A stretch of 60,263 bases of DNA. Origin: Chara braunii (lineage: Eukaryota; Plantae; Charophyceae). Of the stretch, positions 13,524 through 26,933 are shown in pieces (position 1 is the stretch's first letter; each line of letters begins with the position of its first letter). Under the pieces are notes generated by a model. The model was not told the origin of the DNA, did no database searches, and saw nothing but the letters and a program-made list of their open reading frames with translations. The DNA lies in assembly GCA_003427395.1 (NCBI GenBank), contig BFEA01000037.1, forward strand, positions 2,180,085-2,240,347. The letters run 5' to 3'. The translations under genes were made by a program, and so were the position numbers.

Positions 13524-15310
13524 GTCTCCGAGTCCTTCGCGTCTCATAGTAAATACTCTCGGATATCCAATCCCTTCTCTTCCAACTTCCTCACATATTC
13601 CGCGAAGCCTTAGATGTAATCTTTGCATTTTATCCACCAGATCCTTCATCATATCAAACGTTTCTCTGACATTGATGCTAACATCCCCCTCCCCCGTATC
13701 TTCTTTAATGACGGGAGTGTTCTCCTTGTTTTCTTTGACCTCCATCCGGCTCATTTTCTCTTCTAATTTCGTTACATCTTCCACATGCACAACATGGTCT
13801 TCCTCTTCTTGCCAAATTCGAAACATTGCCGGAGCGTTGGGGTCAAGTTCGGCCACCCGGAGGGCCTCTTCTCACATGCCGCCCAGAATGTCCAGATCGA
13901 TCATTTTCCCTCTTTTGTCGAATACATCACCATCTATGTTCGAGGTTATAAGTCCGTCGCGTTCATCTAGCTTCCTGATGTGTCACCGTTTTACCGTGTG
14001 CCCTTGGAACCCACAGTGAGTACAAATGCACTCACTGTAATCTATCCATCCTTTGTCGTACCCTTGTCCGTTCCATTGTCCGCTACCTCTACCATATCCT
14101 CTGTCGTAACTTTGTTCGTATCCTCGGCCATACACTTGCTGATATTCTTGTCCCACTTGATTGACACCCACTTGGGGCTGTCCCTAGTTTCCACCTTGAC
14201 CTCCATTTTCTCTATTCCCTGCTCCTCGTTCTCCCGATCCTTGATTCCTTTCTGTGTTCCTTCCTCTTCCACGTCCTTGTCCTTATCCTTGTGATCGATT
14301 CTGGTTTTGACCGCCCTGGCGACTCGACCCTGGTTTATTCTTATTCGCTTGTTGATTCTGCCCCGAGCCTTGCTCTCCTCCCATATTCTGGTTTTGAGGC
14401 ACCATCGGATATAGTCCCTGCGTCGGCCATGGTCCCATTGGGAAATATCCGGGTCATGCACCCATTGGCGGTCCCATGGGCTATTGCCCAAACTGAACCG
14501 TGCTTGTCGATGATTCTTGACCATACGGGACTATCGCTTGTTGAGAAACCTGCCCTTTTCCCGAGCCTTGTCCCCCCATGGCTAAATTTCTAGCTTTCCT
14601 TTAACATTTTATCAACTTGACTGCTTTCTCTGGATCTTCTTCTTCAATCTCGCCTTCTTCTTCTTCTTCTTCCTTCTTCCTCTTCCCTGATGGTTGCGTC
14701 ACTGTTAACACCTTCGCTGGTGACACCCTCTCCCTAAGTTCCTTTATCTCGTTTGCCATGTTGCTCAATACTCTTCCTAACACATTGTCTGTTCCTTGAA
14801 CTGTTCCAGCTGCCTTTCTCTTCCTTCGTTCCACTTTGACCTGGTGATGAAACACTTGATCTAAGTCCCCGGCCGCGATGTTCCACTTAATGGTTCCTAA
14901 GTCGTTTTCCTTCTCGCGGCTCCCCCTCGAGTTAATTCCATGGCCTCATACCCATAGAATTTTCCCAGCAATATGACGCACTGCATTTCTTCGGACAACC
15001 CTGGGACCCTTTCGGCTGTCTTTCCAAAGGCATTGGCAAATGCCCCGATCGTGGTGAAATCATCCCTGTTCATATTATAAAGGTGTTCGACTGTGAGCAA
15101 ACCGTCCCCTAATTTAAACTTCTTTTGCATGTCTTTCTTAAATTATGTCCAATCATCATTGGCCTTCTTTACAACTTCTTCCACGTCTGGCTTGCACTCC
15201 CGCCATACATATTCGTATAGCTGAGCAAATTTATCCGCTGAAGTCAACTGATTGAAGATCTGTTCAAGTAACTCCAACCAGTGAGATACTCTTTCTCCTT
15301 TGAATTGTTT
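13524..15310 (-). pseudogene. gag of element 1 (N-terminus missing, frameshifted)
   Basis: FKGERVSHWLELLEQIF, DDFTTIGAFANAF, G/Q-rich tract, zinc knuckle CTHCGFQGHTVKR. Colinear with element 2 gag. Confidence 0.85.
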
Positions 15311-15329
15311 AGTTCGTCCAGAGGTACCC

Positions 15330-16080
15330 AATCCTCGTGCCAAAAGTTTCTAACCATACCAAACAATGAGGGAATATAATCTAGAAAGACCTCGATACAC
15401 ACTTCCTTACAGAGCTTGCGCCAATACGTCAAGCGATCTTCTAGATGACAGGTGCGTAGATACGCATTTACGATATATAGGACATTATAGAAGTCCCTTT
15501 TCGTCAGTTTTGGCCCCATCTCTAAGTGCAAACAGTAAATGACATCAGACGCCTCAAACTCGAAACTCATCTCAGACACTGATTGAGCTGCGAGTACTAC
15601 TCATTCCACATTCTCTATTCCCCAAAATGCCTCGTCAATTATGAACTTGGGAAGGGTGGTTTTAACATTCATTGTTGGATAAGCGAATTTAGTCGCCCAT
15701 TTTGCCTCAATCGATCGTATGACCTCTCCTTCTTCCCCCCAGTACATCTTTCGTGAAAAGGTTTCAAGTATCAATCCTGCAGCTAGAATACACTTGGAAA
15801 TCGGTCGGCTTTCTCCTATCGCAAGGTCAATCACGTGGGCCTTCCAGAGGAGAGTTGATAGGTATAAGGTCATTCTTACTATCGCACNCCTTTCCTCTGT
15901 AGTCCAACCAGTTTCTACCTAGAGAAAAGCTTCAGGTCTTATTGGTACTCCACACCATGTATTTATCTTTTCTCCTTCCTCCACCCCTCGTCGGGGTAAT
16001 GTCATCTTAATTCCTCCATCTCTCTGCTCAGGCTAGTTAATTAAGAAGTATTGGCCAGCGAACCATATTCCAGGTGTCAT
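15330..16080 (-). pseudogene. Accessory ORF copy B (unknown ~250-aa domain) upstream of gag
   Basis: ORFs 15601-15873 and 15244-15579 (MTLYLSTLLWKAH...TTLPKFIIDEAF...YCLHLEMGPKL) align with 38493-39240. Confidence 0.8.
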
Positions 16081-16199
16081 TTGATACCCTGTTTACACAA
16101 CCATACAAAGAACAACTTTTACTTTTTAGTCGATTATCCAATTCCTTTAGGCATAATTCCAACTTTCTTATTTCCTAATCTTACCATTTTTCCCTAGGT

Positions 16200-16920
16200 C
16201 CCTAAGTGAGGAGCATCATGTCTCACTATCAAGCTTGAAAGAGGATTACCCGTCGTAATTTGTCCCAATAGTTAAGCCTATCTGCCAATTCGTATCTGCG
16301 AGCATATGAGTCGATTTGTAGTACTGTGCTTAGTAACTCTCTTTCCTCAATTGGATGTCTTATCTCCAGGTATAAGTAGTATATCAATAATGAAGTGAAC
16401 TAGTGATATTCTTCTTCGAGTACCGCCAACGTGGCTTCCGCAGTTTTTTCTACTCGCGTCCGCCCCCTAAAGGCTTCATTCACGATAAACATAGGAAGAG
16501 TTTCTCTTAGGTATGCCGCCGACGAGAGGAATTCACACGCCCTTTTTACTTCTACTGTTCCTATAACTCTTTCAAACCCATTCAGATGCGCGTCCCGGCT
16601 TCGAGTGTTGAGTGCGGATTCCGCAAGCCACATTAACCTCGCAAGAGATCGATCTATTCCTAAGGCTAAGTTTATTATGAAAGCCTGCAAATATTTCGGC
16701 GAAAAATACAATGTAACTCTTTCTATTGCACAATTTTCGCCTTTGATCCATCCAGACTCAATCCAGACGAGGGTATGCTCCCCCATAGATTTCCCCCAAC
16801 AACACCCTGTTTCCTCATTCCATCATTAGACCGCTCCTCATCTGTCTGGGTTCTCTGATCGCGAACTGGTACCGAGCAGAAGCCATCTTGTTCTTGTTGA
16901 TATACTCCGCCTATTTGCTG
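16200..16920 (-). pseudogene. Accessory ORF copy A (paralog of copy B)
   Basis: ORF 16400-16786 (VWIESGW...RVTLYFS...ETLPMFIVNEAF) and its read-through (YYLYLEI) align with 37381-38106 and with copy B. Confidence 0.75.
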
Positions 16921-17838
16921 CACAACACAATCCAACCCACTTTCCCTTCATTTAGATATCACTAAGATTGACAGCTTTGTTTGTCAAGCTCAGGATCAAG
17001 CGGCCACCTTTATTTTGTCAAATTATCGTGCCCTTTTTCGGCTTTCATATAATCTTTCTATATAATAAGTAGGATACCAGCCCACAGATTTCTACCTGGC
17101 ATACCAAAACATCAAGAGTGAGATACATAATTTCTTGTGAGGCGACGTAGATTGGGAAACAACAGGAGGGTCTGAGACGTGCGGCGTTGGCTGTACTGTT
17201 GATAAGCGTGGCTAAGGAAGGATCGTCAGCTGCCTCTCTTGAGCCGAGGAAGACAGCGGTGTGTAAGGTCTGAGGCGAGGTCGGCTAGGCGGTTCAAAAC
17301 GCGGTGGATACGCGCCGTAACGCCTCTCATATTTATAAGAATAGTAAGTCATCTTCCCAGACGAAGGAGTGCGTTCACGTCATTCCTCCTGATGCTTACG
17401 TACTCTCAGCCCTTCCTCCTTCTCCCTTAGTCCTTCATCTTTTTCTTTCTCCAATTTTCCTCGTTCTTTGGTCAAATCTATGGTTCTTTCGGTCGTTTTT
17501 CCTAACCTTTCGCTTCTTCCTCTCCCAGCACCGGTCCCACGACCTTTGGGTGTCATATTAAAATGCGGACACGGTTTAATCAATGCAATCCTAGGAGCTA
17601 TGCGACCTATCACTCTTGACCTTCGAACGGCCTCTGATAACCTTGAATTATTCTCAGAGGGTTATTTCTTTACTTCTAAGGTGATTCTTGTCGATAGTAG
17701 CCCCACATATACTACTAACCCACTCTTCACACTTCTAACTCAAGTTTTAGCCTAATAAGCTTTATCTGTCATTTTGCCTGGATCATCTACTTATCGCACC
17801 CGAGTCCGTTCACTAAGGACCTCGGCTTGGAAGCGAGA

Positions 17839-17856
17839 TCCCCGGCAACGGCGCCA
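17839..17856 (-). promoter_or_regulatory. Primer-binding site complementary to tRNA-Asp 3' end
   Basis: Minus strand reads ...CGACA GG TGGCGCCGTTGCCGGGGA, the complement of the plant tRNA-Asp 3' end UCCCCGGCAACGGCGCCA. Confidence 0.92.
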
Positions 17857-19450
17857 CCTGTCGCGCGAGGCAGTCCCACACCCAGACGCAAAGTAATTTT
17901 TGTGTCGGACCTCAAGGTCGTATTATGCAGGAGTCTTTTGTCGCCTTAGCAAAACACCACTCCGACCGTGCGCGCGTGCTATACCTCTTGCGAATCCCCA
18001 CGACGGGTTAAAGATCTCTTAGGTGGGCGTATCCCTACTGAGCTATCGACCCATGTGCGAAGGTTTTTACATACAATTACAGAGGTAGACCAGCCGATGA
18101 CGTTTTTCTTGATCGCCGTAGCATAGACATACGAGCGGTAGAACGCCTTAAGACTGACCCGTATATCGTGCCCCGAGGTACTAACTCCCTCGGACCGAGT
18201 ATTCTTATCAGGTCGACTTTTCCGGAAAGTCTTCCACGCTCAGCTAAAATATGATAACGAATTTATGTTCATTCGTTGATCATACGAGAAAATGCCAAAC
18301 TCCGAACCCTTTTGTAATCTGTCACTCTCTCAAGATCTCACAGAATGCTAGACAATAACCTTCCTAAGCCCAGACCAGAGTATGGACTTGTTCGTTGACA
18401 TATATAAGTACATATGTATACCAGGGGAGCGAATGAGCGGTGGACTTCACTTTCACAATTGTGGTGCCCTGTGTCTGAATATCCCAGGTGACCTTAAAGT
18501 CCAGAAAAGACAGTCCATTGCCCAAACTTGTGCAGATGCAAGAAAACACATACACGCATACAAATGCAAACACAGAATGCGCTACAAGTGTCAACCTTTA
18601 ACCCATTCATAGCAAGTCCCTCACTCCCCAAAACCTTGAAAACGACACTCCTTCCTACTCTTGGCTCCTATTACCTAGCCCTTCAACCTTTCAAGGACCT
18701 TCAAGGGATGATTTGGGCAATTTAGGCTAAGATACAGGGGAAGATTTGTCCGTCTCTCTTTTTAGGTTTTGTCTTAGGTGTGGGTGTCAAGCCATGTGGA
18801 AGTTGAGTCGGAGTACTACCGACCTGTTATCCAATGACAACACAATTGCAGTTCCTTACAGTTTTCTTCCATAATCTTCCCCAAGAGTGACGAAATATGT
18901 AGACACAGCACAGTCCGAAAGAAACTTAACATCCTTTTTCCTATGCTGGGGTCTAGAAGATCCCTTCTAGACTTGTGACCTAGAGATCAATGCTCATAGG
19001 TGACCCACTGTCTAGCCTTTATCCTTACCCAACTGCCAGGTTGTTGCCTTATGGGTTTGGGTAATGAACAAAGTTCATCCCCAAATCTTCCAACCTAGTG
19101 ATCCCACGTAAGTTTCCCTCTAAGACAGCTTACCGAAGACCCATTTTTGGTTTTCTCTTTAGCAAGCACAAACAATACCCTCAATTCATCTTAGAGAAGA
19201 ATCACATGATAGAAAACAAATCACAAGATCCAAAATAGAGTGACAAGTCTCTCAGGGTCAAGATCTCATTTATCCTCTCTTCAATAGAATCACAAACAGT
19301 CTGTTAGTAATTGATTGATCCAAATTTATTTCAGAAGGTTAGTAGTAATATGGTAGACCGCTCGGGATCTTCTCATCGTCTACTTGTGATAGGGTAGACC
19401 TTGAGGGTCTTACTTCTCCTATTCACTTTCCTACATTAGAACAACGTCAG

Positions 19451-20891
19451 ATGATATTAAGGCAGGCTTCTCGGAGCCTCGCTCACTCTTATCACATTGT
19501 TCTTTATCAGTATAGTGATAAGGCAAGCTTCATCGAGCCTCGCTACTCTTATCACATTGATCTTAGTTATTTCAGTGGTAAGGCAGGTTTCTCGGAGCCT
19601 CGCTCCTCTTACCACATTGATCTTAGTTATTTCAGTGGTAAGGTAGGCTTCTCGGAGCCTCGCTCACTCTTACAACATTCTTCTTAGTTATTACAATGGT
19701 AAGGCAAACTTCTCGGAGCCTCGCTCTTCTTACCACATTGATCTTAATTATTTTAGTGGTAAGGCAGGCTTCTCGGAGCCTCGCTCACTCTTACCACATT
19801 GTTTCTTAGTTATTACAGTGGTAAGGTAGGCTTCTCGGAGCCTTGCTCCTCTTACCACATTGAAATTCGTTATTTTAGTGGTAAGACAAGCTTCTCAGAG
19901 CCTCGGTCTCTCTTACCACATTGTTTCTTAGTTATTACANNNNNNNNNNNNNNNNNNNNNNNNNNNNNNNNNNNNNNNNNNNNNNNNNNNNNNNNNNNNN
20001 NNNNNNNNNNNNNNNNNNNNNNNNNNNNNNNNNNNNNNNNNNNNNNNNNNNNNNNNNNNNNNNNNNNNNNNNNNNNNNNNNNNNNNNNNNNNNNNNNNNN
20101 NNNNNNNNNNNNNNNNNNNNNNNNNNNNNNNNNNNNNNNNNNNNNNNNNNNNNNNNNNNNNNNNNNNNNNNNNNNNNNNNNNNNNNNNNNNNNNNNNNNN
20201 NNNNNNNNNNNNNNNNNNNNNNNNNNNNNNNNNNNNNNNNNNNNNNNNNNNNNNNNNNNNNNNNNNNNNNNNNNNNNNNNNNNNNNNNNNNNNNNNNNNN
20301 NNNNNNNNNNNNNNNNNNNNNNNNNNNNNNNNNNNNNNNNNNNNNNNNNNNNNNNNNNNNNNNNNNNNNNNNNNNNNNNNNNNNNNNNNNNNNNNNNNNN
20401 NNNNNNNNNNNNNNNNNNNNNNNNNNNNNNNNNNNNNNNNNNNNNNNNNNNNNNNNNNNNNNNNNNNNNNNNNNNNNNNNNNNNNNNNNNNNNNNNNNNN
20501 NNNNNNNNNNNNNNNNNNNNNNNNNNNNNNNNNNNNNNNNNNNNNNNNNNNNNNNNNNNNNNNNNNNNNNNNNNNNNNNNNNNNNNNNNNNNNNNNNNNN
20601 NNNNNNNNNNNNNNNNNNNNNNNNNNNNNNNNNNNNNNNNNNNNNNNNNNNNNNNNNNNNNNNNNNNNNNNNNNNNNNNNNNNNNNNNNNNNNNNNNNNN
20701 NNNNNNNNNNNNNNNNNNNNNNNNNNNNNNGTGATAAGGCCGGCTTCTCGGAGCCTCGCTACTCTTATCACCCTGTTACTATCATTGTGGTGATAAGGCA
20801 GGTTTCTCGGAGCCTCGCTTACTCTTATCACCATTGTTAGAGACATCATTGTGATAAGGCAGGCTTCTCAGAGCCTTACTACTCTTATCAC
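19451..20891 (-). repeat. Hairpin-repeat/linker array in 5' LTR of element 1 (8 units, gap, 3 units)
   Basis: ~60-nt period. Outer stem switches between GTGATAAG/CTTATCAC and GTGGTAAG/CTTACCAC. Confidence 0.92.
19940..20730. other. Assembly gap inside hairpin array (other gaps at 32055-32174 and 50779-51458)
   Basis: Runs of N, all inside tandem repeats. Confidence 0.99.
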
Positions 20892-23800
20892 ATTCGTGTC
20901 ACTCGAGCCCTGGATCATTCGAAGCTTTTAAGATCACGAGGGTAGGCCATACGAGACTTGTACCCCATGTCTTAAATTCATCAGCATGATCACCGGCTGT
21001 GTTAGTTTGGACCTTTGGGGAGTATGCAGGCATAGGTCAAGCGTTAGTTGATGCAGCCAATCTTCATAGTATTCGACCATAGCATGCACAAGTCTTCAAT
21101 CCACTGCGAACCTCATCCCTTATCACTGGTCAGGTGGTCTATTAAGCAAGGGAAGATTGCACAAAGTCAATCCCCCTTGCTCCCACTCCCCCAGAAGAAA
21201 CGTTCACACAGCGAGACAGTTGCTCAGAAGTTCTCGTTCTCGCTATCTTTACCAACAACAGTTAGTCAAGTCTGGTCAGATCTTTTTCATGCAATCGAAT
21301 TTCTTCATGCTTCCCTCTTCCAAACATTTTCTCTTTCCCTAGTCTTCGGGTTTAGTCCTGAAGGATCCATGATGCGACGTACCCTCCTTATTAATACAGT
21401 CATAGGTAGTTACCTGAAGGTTATAGATTTAGGGTTTAGGATTTATGGTTTAGGGTTTTGGTTGAAGCGTGCGTACCTCGTTGTTCCGTGCCTCCAGAGT
21501 TCCGCCTGAACTCCAGTAGAGTTCCCGCAATCGCCTTGTCATTTGGATGCGTCTAGACTAACCAAGTATTTCAAACAGAATCGGAGTTTCTTGTGTTTAA
21601 GTGAGCAATTGAAAACATCATCTTCACATTTGCTTTTGAAAGATTGGTGCGAGAAAGGATTAGTCCTAGGAAAGGCGGAGGAGGATGAGGGAGGTAGAAG
21701 CCATCACTCTTTACGACGATCCTCCCCTCTTTACTGCCCCGCACCCTTCCCACCTCTGCACCCATTCTGGTATGTAATATCAAATGCTTATAATAATAAT
21801 AATATTAGTAACAATAATAATAGTAATAATAATAATAAATAATTACAATAATAATCATCGTAATTAATAAGCGAAAATGATATTCAAAGAATAATAATAT
21901 TTGATCTGGCGCAAAGTATCCACATAAATTCAAATTCTTGAACCTGGTCAAAAATACAGTAAAATTCATCTTTCTTTTAATCATGGTTGTGGTACCCAGC
22001 ACTAAACACTGTTTTTGTGCATTACAACACTTTCTAATCCAACTAGGACCTATCCTGAATGTCCCCCACACACACGTGCATACACACGCTTGCTGATGCG
22101 GCAGTTATGGGTACTCCCTTTCTTCTGCAGCTAGTTGTAGGCCATGACCGACCTACATCCTCTCAACTTGCTTTGACCTCGGCCCTTGCATACTCCCGCA
22201 CACCAGGCACTCCATTTTATTGTTGCATGGTACATAGGCAGTGTGGATGAATGCAATTCTTAGTGCATCGCGGTCTGGTCCTCTCGACCTAGGGCCAGAC
22301 GTGCTAAGTCCCACTTGGAACCTGCAAACCGGATCAAACTGACACGGGTTTAGGGACTACTAGCTGGACTTAGGTAGGATTGTCCCTTTTTTTTTGCCAT
22401 TGTATCAGCTGCTGGCCAATTGGACCCTTTCTTGGTACTCGATTCTGCTGGCATATTACCCTTATGAGGCGGCCAAAAGTTCAACCCCACGCAGCCCTCA
22501 TACCTAGAATGATCCCAAAACAGACAATCTTTAGGGGCAGGTCACGGTTTTGACCACACACGAACCACACTATATCGTACACGGGGTCAGGAATCGGCCC
22601 TGGGGACAGCGACAGTCTCATGCTTGGGTGAATTTGTATTGGTTCACATTAATAACATAATAATAATAATAATAATAACAGATTAAAGTTGAAAATGATA
22701 GTGAAACGGAAATAATAATATTCGCTATGAACTGCACAATTCATCACCGAAGAGCGCACATACATACATACAGCACCCATAAGTGAGATGACACGATTTC
22801 CACAATGGGTGCAAGAGAGTCACAGCCTATGAATTCCAGCCCATTATCATCAAAGCAAGCTAAGAGTTTGTGTCACCAACGCTCATCGGCGCGCGTGCAG
22901 GTAACCGGAGACCAGCACCACCATCCGGGTGAGCTCCTTGCATGTTTTCCTCCCTCTCTCTCTCTGTCTGGTTCCTTTCCCTAGCATTGTCCTTACCGTG
23001 TCTCTTCTCCCTACAAACATGCATACTCACAACTACCACACAAGGTTTCTACTCTGGACACACCCACTACTATGCTTATAGTTTCCCCCACTGTCTAGTA
23101 TTAACACTCTGTATTAGCGCAGCTATGGCTGCCTTCTTCCTACCAGCGCAACTCTCTCCCCCCCTTTCACTTATAACATTCTGTCCTCAGCGCTCTAACC
23201 CTTGCTTTTGGCGCACGAGTGCCTCATCACTTCCATGCTTGCAGCAAATGAGCATTTTGTCCGAATAGGAGGCTGGTCAGTCCTTACCTTGTTTTAGGAT
23301 GTCACTGGGTTATCCCATCTTCTGTAGCAAATGACCCAAGTTGGCCTGGTACCGCGTGCCCACTTCCTGTTTGCTTCAGAAAGTCATGGTCTGTTACTTT
23401 TCCCATTGTCTGAGTCTATGAGTCACCACTTTCGTCTGCGGCTCATGACTTTTGACTGGGAGAGTGACCTTTCCATCTGGGTCACGACCCTTGTATGTTT
23501 CTGTCTGTTCTGTCTGTCCTTGCCTGTTTCCGTTTGATTACTACGTTTCCGACCTGTCTCCGTCTATTCTGCCAGTCTTTGTTTGTTTCTGTCTATTTTC
23601 CTCCTACCTCTTCTCCCTCTTCACCTCTTCTCTCTCATGGCCATCCTTGTCCTTTTCACGCACCTCCTACGAGAGGAAATGAGCAATAGTGAAACTCGGA
23701 ACCCATGTTGCATTTTACATATGAAAACAAGTAGTCGTGACCTCGAATAAAGAGCAGAATTACAGTTCGATTAGCACCAATATTACATCAATGGGGAGCA

Positions 23801-24892
23801 AATAGCGAGATGACCAAATCCATATTGCTAATCACATTCGAGAGTCAGAACGTACCATAGTATCCAGAAAGCAATATTGCACCAATATTACATCAATGGG
23901 GAATGAAAACACTAAAAGCGACTGTTAGTGAGATCTCTCTCTCGCTCTCTCTCCATCACCATGGTAAGTACCCAGGTCCTTCTCTTTATTTGACGTTCGA
24001 CGCCCAAGCTACTCCCTACACCGTTGTTTCCCACTCGCAATTAATACTATAATCGATGACATTGGCAGCCACCGAAGTACTTGAGGAGATTGCTCAGCGC
24101 AGATAACCATCAAACCAGGTATTGTATGATACGTACCTGACCATAATCACTGCCGAATAATAATAATGATAACAATAATAACAGGGTGCCAGATAATAAT
24201 AATGATAACAATAATAACAGGGGTAGTAGTAATAATAATAATAATATAAATTAATTAATAATGATGGATAACAACGTATACAAATGTCATTCTCGGTCCG
24301 ATGCAACAAGCTGGGCACACGACAAGAGCAGCTCAATCTTCGAGAGGTTAGGCAAATGGCAGGGTAACCTTTACAATGTGTTCGGCGGATTTATGTCCAC
24401 GTCTCTCCACCTTTGCCCTCATCTATTCTCTTCCTCTTCTTTCTCCTCCTCTCTCTTTCCTCCTTCTTCCTTCCACTACTTTCTTCTTCTTCTCTCCTCG
24501 TTTCCTTCTACCTATCAGTAGCGTTTCGAGTGTAATCCGCCTGAAACAGTTAGTTTCTACCCTTTTTTGGTATTGGTATAATCTTAGGCCATCATTAGGT
24601 GAGTGCACGTGTCATTTGTATGTGAGAGGTGGTGGTCTCAGATACCTCTGTTCAACTTTCATATCAGCAACTCTCTTACTCCCTTCGCTCTCACTTCGCT
24701 TTCTCACTACTCCTCCACACACGACTAATGGCAGGACGTGCATCGCATTCGATTAGCAACTGAAGCAGCAATAATGTTAATAATCCGATTGCAATCATCG
24801 TATATAAGCCATTTTTCTAGCCAGATATAATCGTGATATTATGAGTGAAATAATAATAAAATAATAATAGTAAAATAATAATAGTACAATAC

Positions 24893-24927
<35 letters not shown>

Positions 24928-26857
24928 GTGCGCAAAAGGAAACGAGCAAGAGCGAAACAATAATGTACAGTTATGTTGAATGCCCGATCGGATCACTGTG
25001 CTCGGAAAACAACATTGCCCCAATAAGACACCAATGAAGAATTGTAATCCTGAACCAATGTCAATGGAAGATTGTTCCAGCCACTACCAAAATATCATGG
25101 CCCTTCTCTCTACTGAGCTACTATTATCCTCCTAATTGACAACGCTGGTATTGACGTCAGTGACCACCGAAGTACTTTGGAGAGGTCGCCCGTAACAGAC
25201 CATCGCCACTACCAGGTATATGCCTTCTCATCTTCATCCCCCATCTTTCTCGTTTTCTTACACTCACACACATATAATGATACACACGCACATACACATA
25301 CACACTTACGACTGGCAATCCCGCTGCCGGGCCGGAGTGAAGGCGCGACAGTGGCGGGCGCAAGTGGTGGCGTATATTCTTATGTTGGAGCGGGAGATTC
25401 ATTTGATTTTGCTTCTCCTCTTTCCTCCGCAACGCCGCATGATCCGATCAGCCTACCGAGAACACATTACGTCGGAGATATGGCAACACAAGTGCGCTCT
25501 CCAACAAGGTCGAACTGATGACAAGTTCATCCTCGCTTACGGTAAGTAGCGGATGAGGGGTCACGGCAATTTGCACTATTGCTGCATGGTGTCGCCCGGA
25601 TGACAAAAACCGCATTCCTACCTACCAAATCGCTTCACCTCCCAATTCAAAAGCAGTGGAACCACATCGCAGCACGTTCCTAGCAACTAAGTCCGATAAT
25701 GACTGTATATTTGTTATCAATCCGACCCGATACAGTCGTGAGGAAAGTGTGTTACATTCCGAGAACGGCAGCGCAACTACACGGTTTAAAGGAAATGGTG
25801 CCATCGACCAACCGATAGGTGAGCCAGGTAAACTTCCTCATCCATTTCTCCTTCTTCTCCTTCTTCTTCTTCCTCTTCTCCTCTTTTCTTCTCCTTCTTC
25901 TTCTTCTTTTTTTTCCTTTCCTTCACGAGTTTTCTCCTCCTCTCCCTGTTTGTAATCTCGCTCGTCTTTCCTTTTTCAGTTCGTTTCGAGTGTACGTGGC
26001 CTAAATCGCAGTCAGGTTCAGTCAGAATGAAGGTGAGTTCTATTCAAGGGAAACGATCGTTTTCCTTTCTCGTAATCGTTTTCTTTCCTTTTGCTTTCCT
26101 CTCTCCTTTTCCGTTCTCGTCTATTTTCACCTCGACTTTCTTTCTTCTTGCGTTCGAACTCCTCCTTCTGTGTCCGTCCTCCTTTTTGAGTGTTTGTGCC
26201 CTCATCTTCCTCACTTGCATCCTCCTCTTTGTTTCCTCCTTGTCAAATGTACGTAGTCACACTTCACCGCCAAATGTATGGTTTTAATAAAACAATAATA
26301 TTATTATGATTGAAATAATAATAACAATAAAATAATAATAATAATAATAATAGTAATAATAACGATAATAATAACAATAATATTAGAGATAACGGATGTA
26401 TACATCTTATCTCTCCGGTCCGATACATGTAGGAGAAGCATGGATTTCTCTTTAGAGAGAAATACACGGGATTGGAGACGATCGGGAGTATCTGACGTGG
26501 TAAGTTTCCCTCTTCTCCTCACCTCTCTCTTCTCCTCACCTCTCTCTTCTCCTTACACGATCCCTTCTCCTTCTCATACAAACACATACTCACACGAAGC
26601 TGCAACACAGATTTTTTAATTTTTAGACATAGGTTCGTTTGGTTTCATTCGTTTTGTGGATATAATCGTCATGATGTGAGCCGCGAGATTGGTGCAGCCC
26701 ATATGCCCACACTTACGCACTTCGCACACGCGTGCCCATGCACACACATGCAGGAAGTAATGTATGTTTCCGTAGTCGGCGGTAGGCTTATTCAATTTGT
26801 TTTTATCCTGTTGGTGGAAGTTCCATGAGGTTCGTAGTAAGGTTAAACTTACATGCA

Positions 26858-26933
<76 letters not shown>

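Noticed and set aside
16960-16975. 16-nt exact match (GCTGTCAATCTTAGTG) between element 1 leader and the 54-bp minisatellite
   Set aside because: About one such match is expected by chance in a 60-kb two-strand self-comparison; it does not extend.
19799-20849. Long ORFs here and at 50692-51594
   Set aside because: Artefacts of N gaps.
19451-20891. True CRISPR array
   Set aside because: Eukaryotic LTR context, no cas genes, linkers short and often duplicated, and repeats vary by covariation. Only the layout is CRISPR-like.
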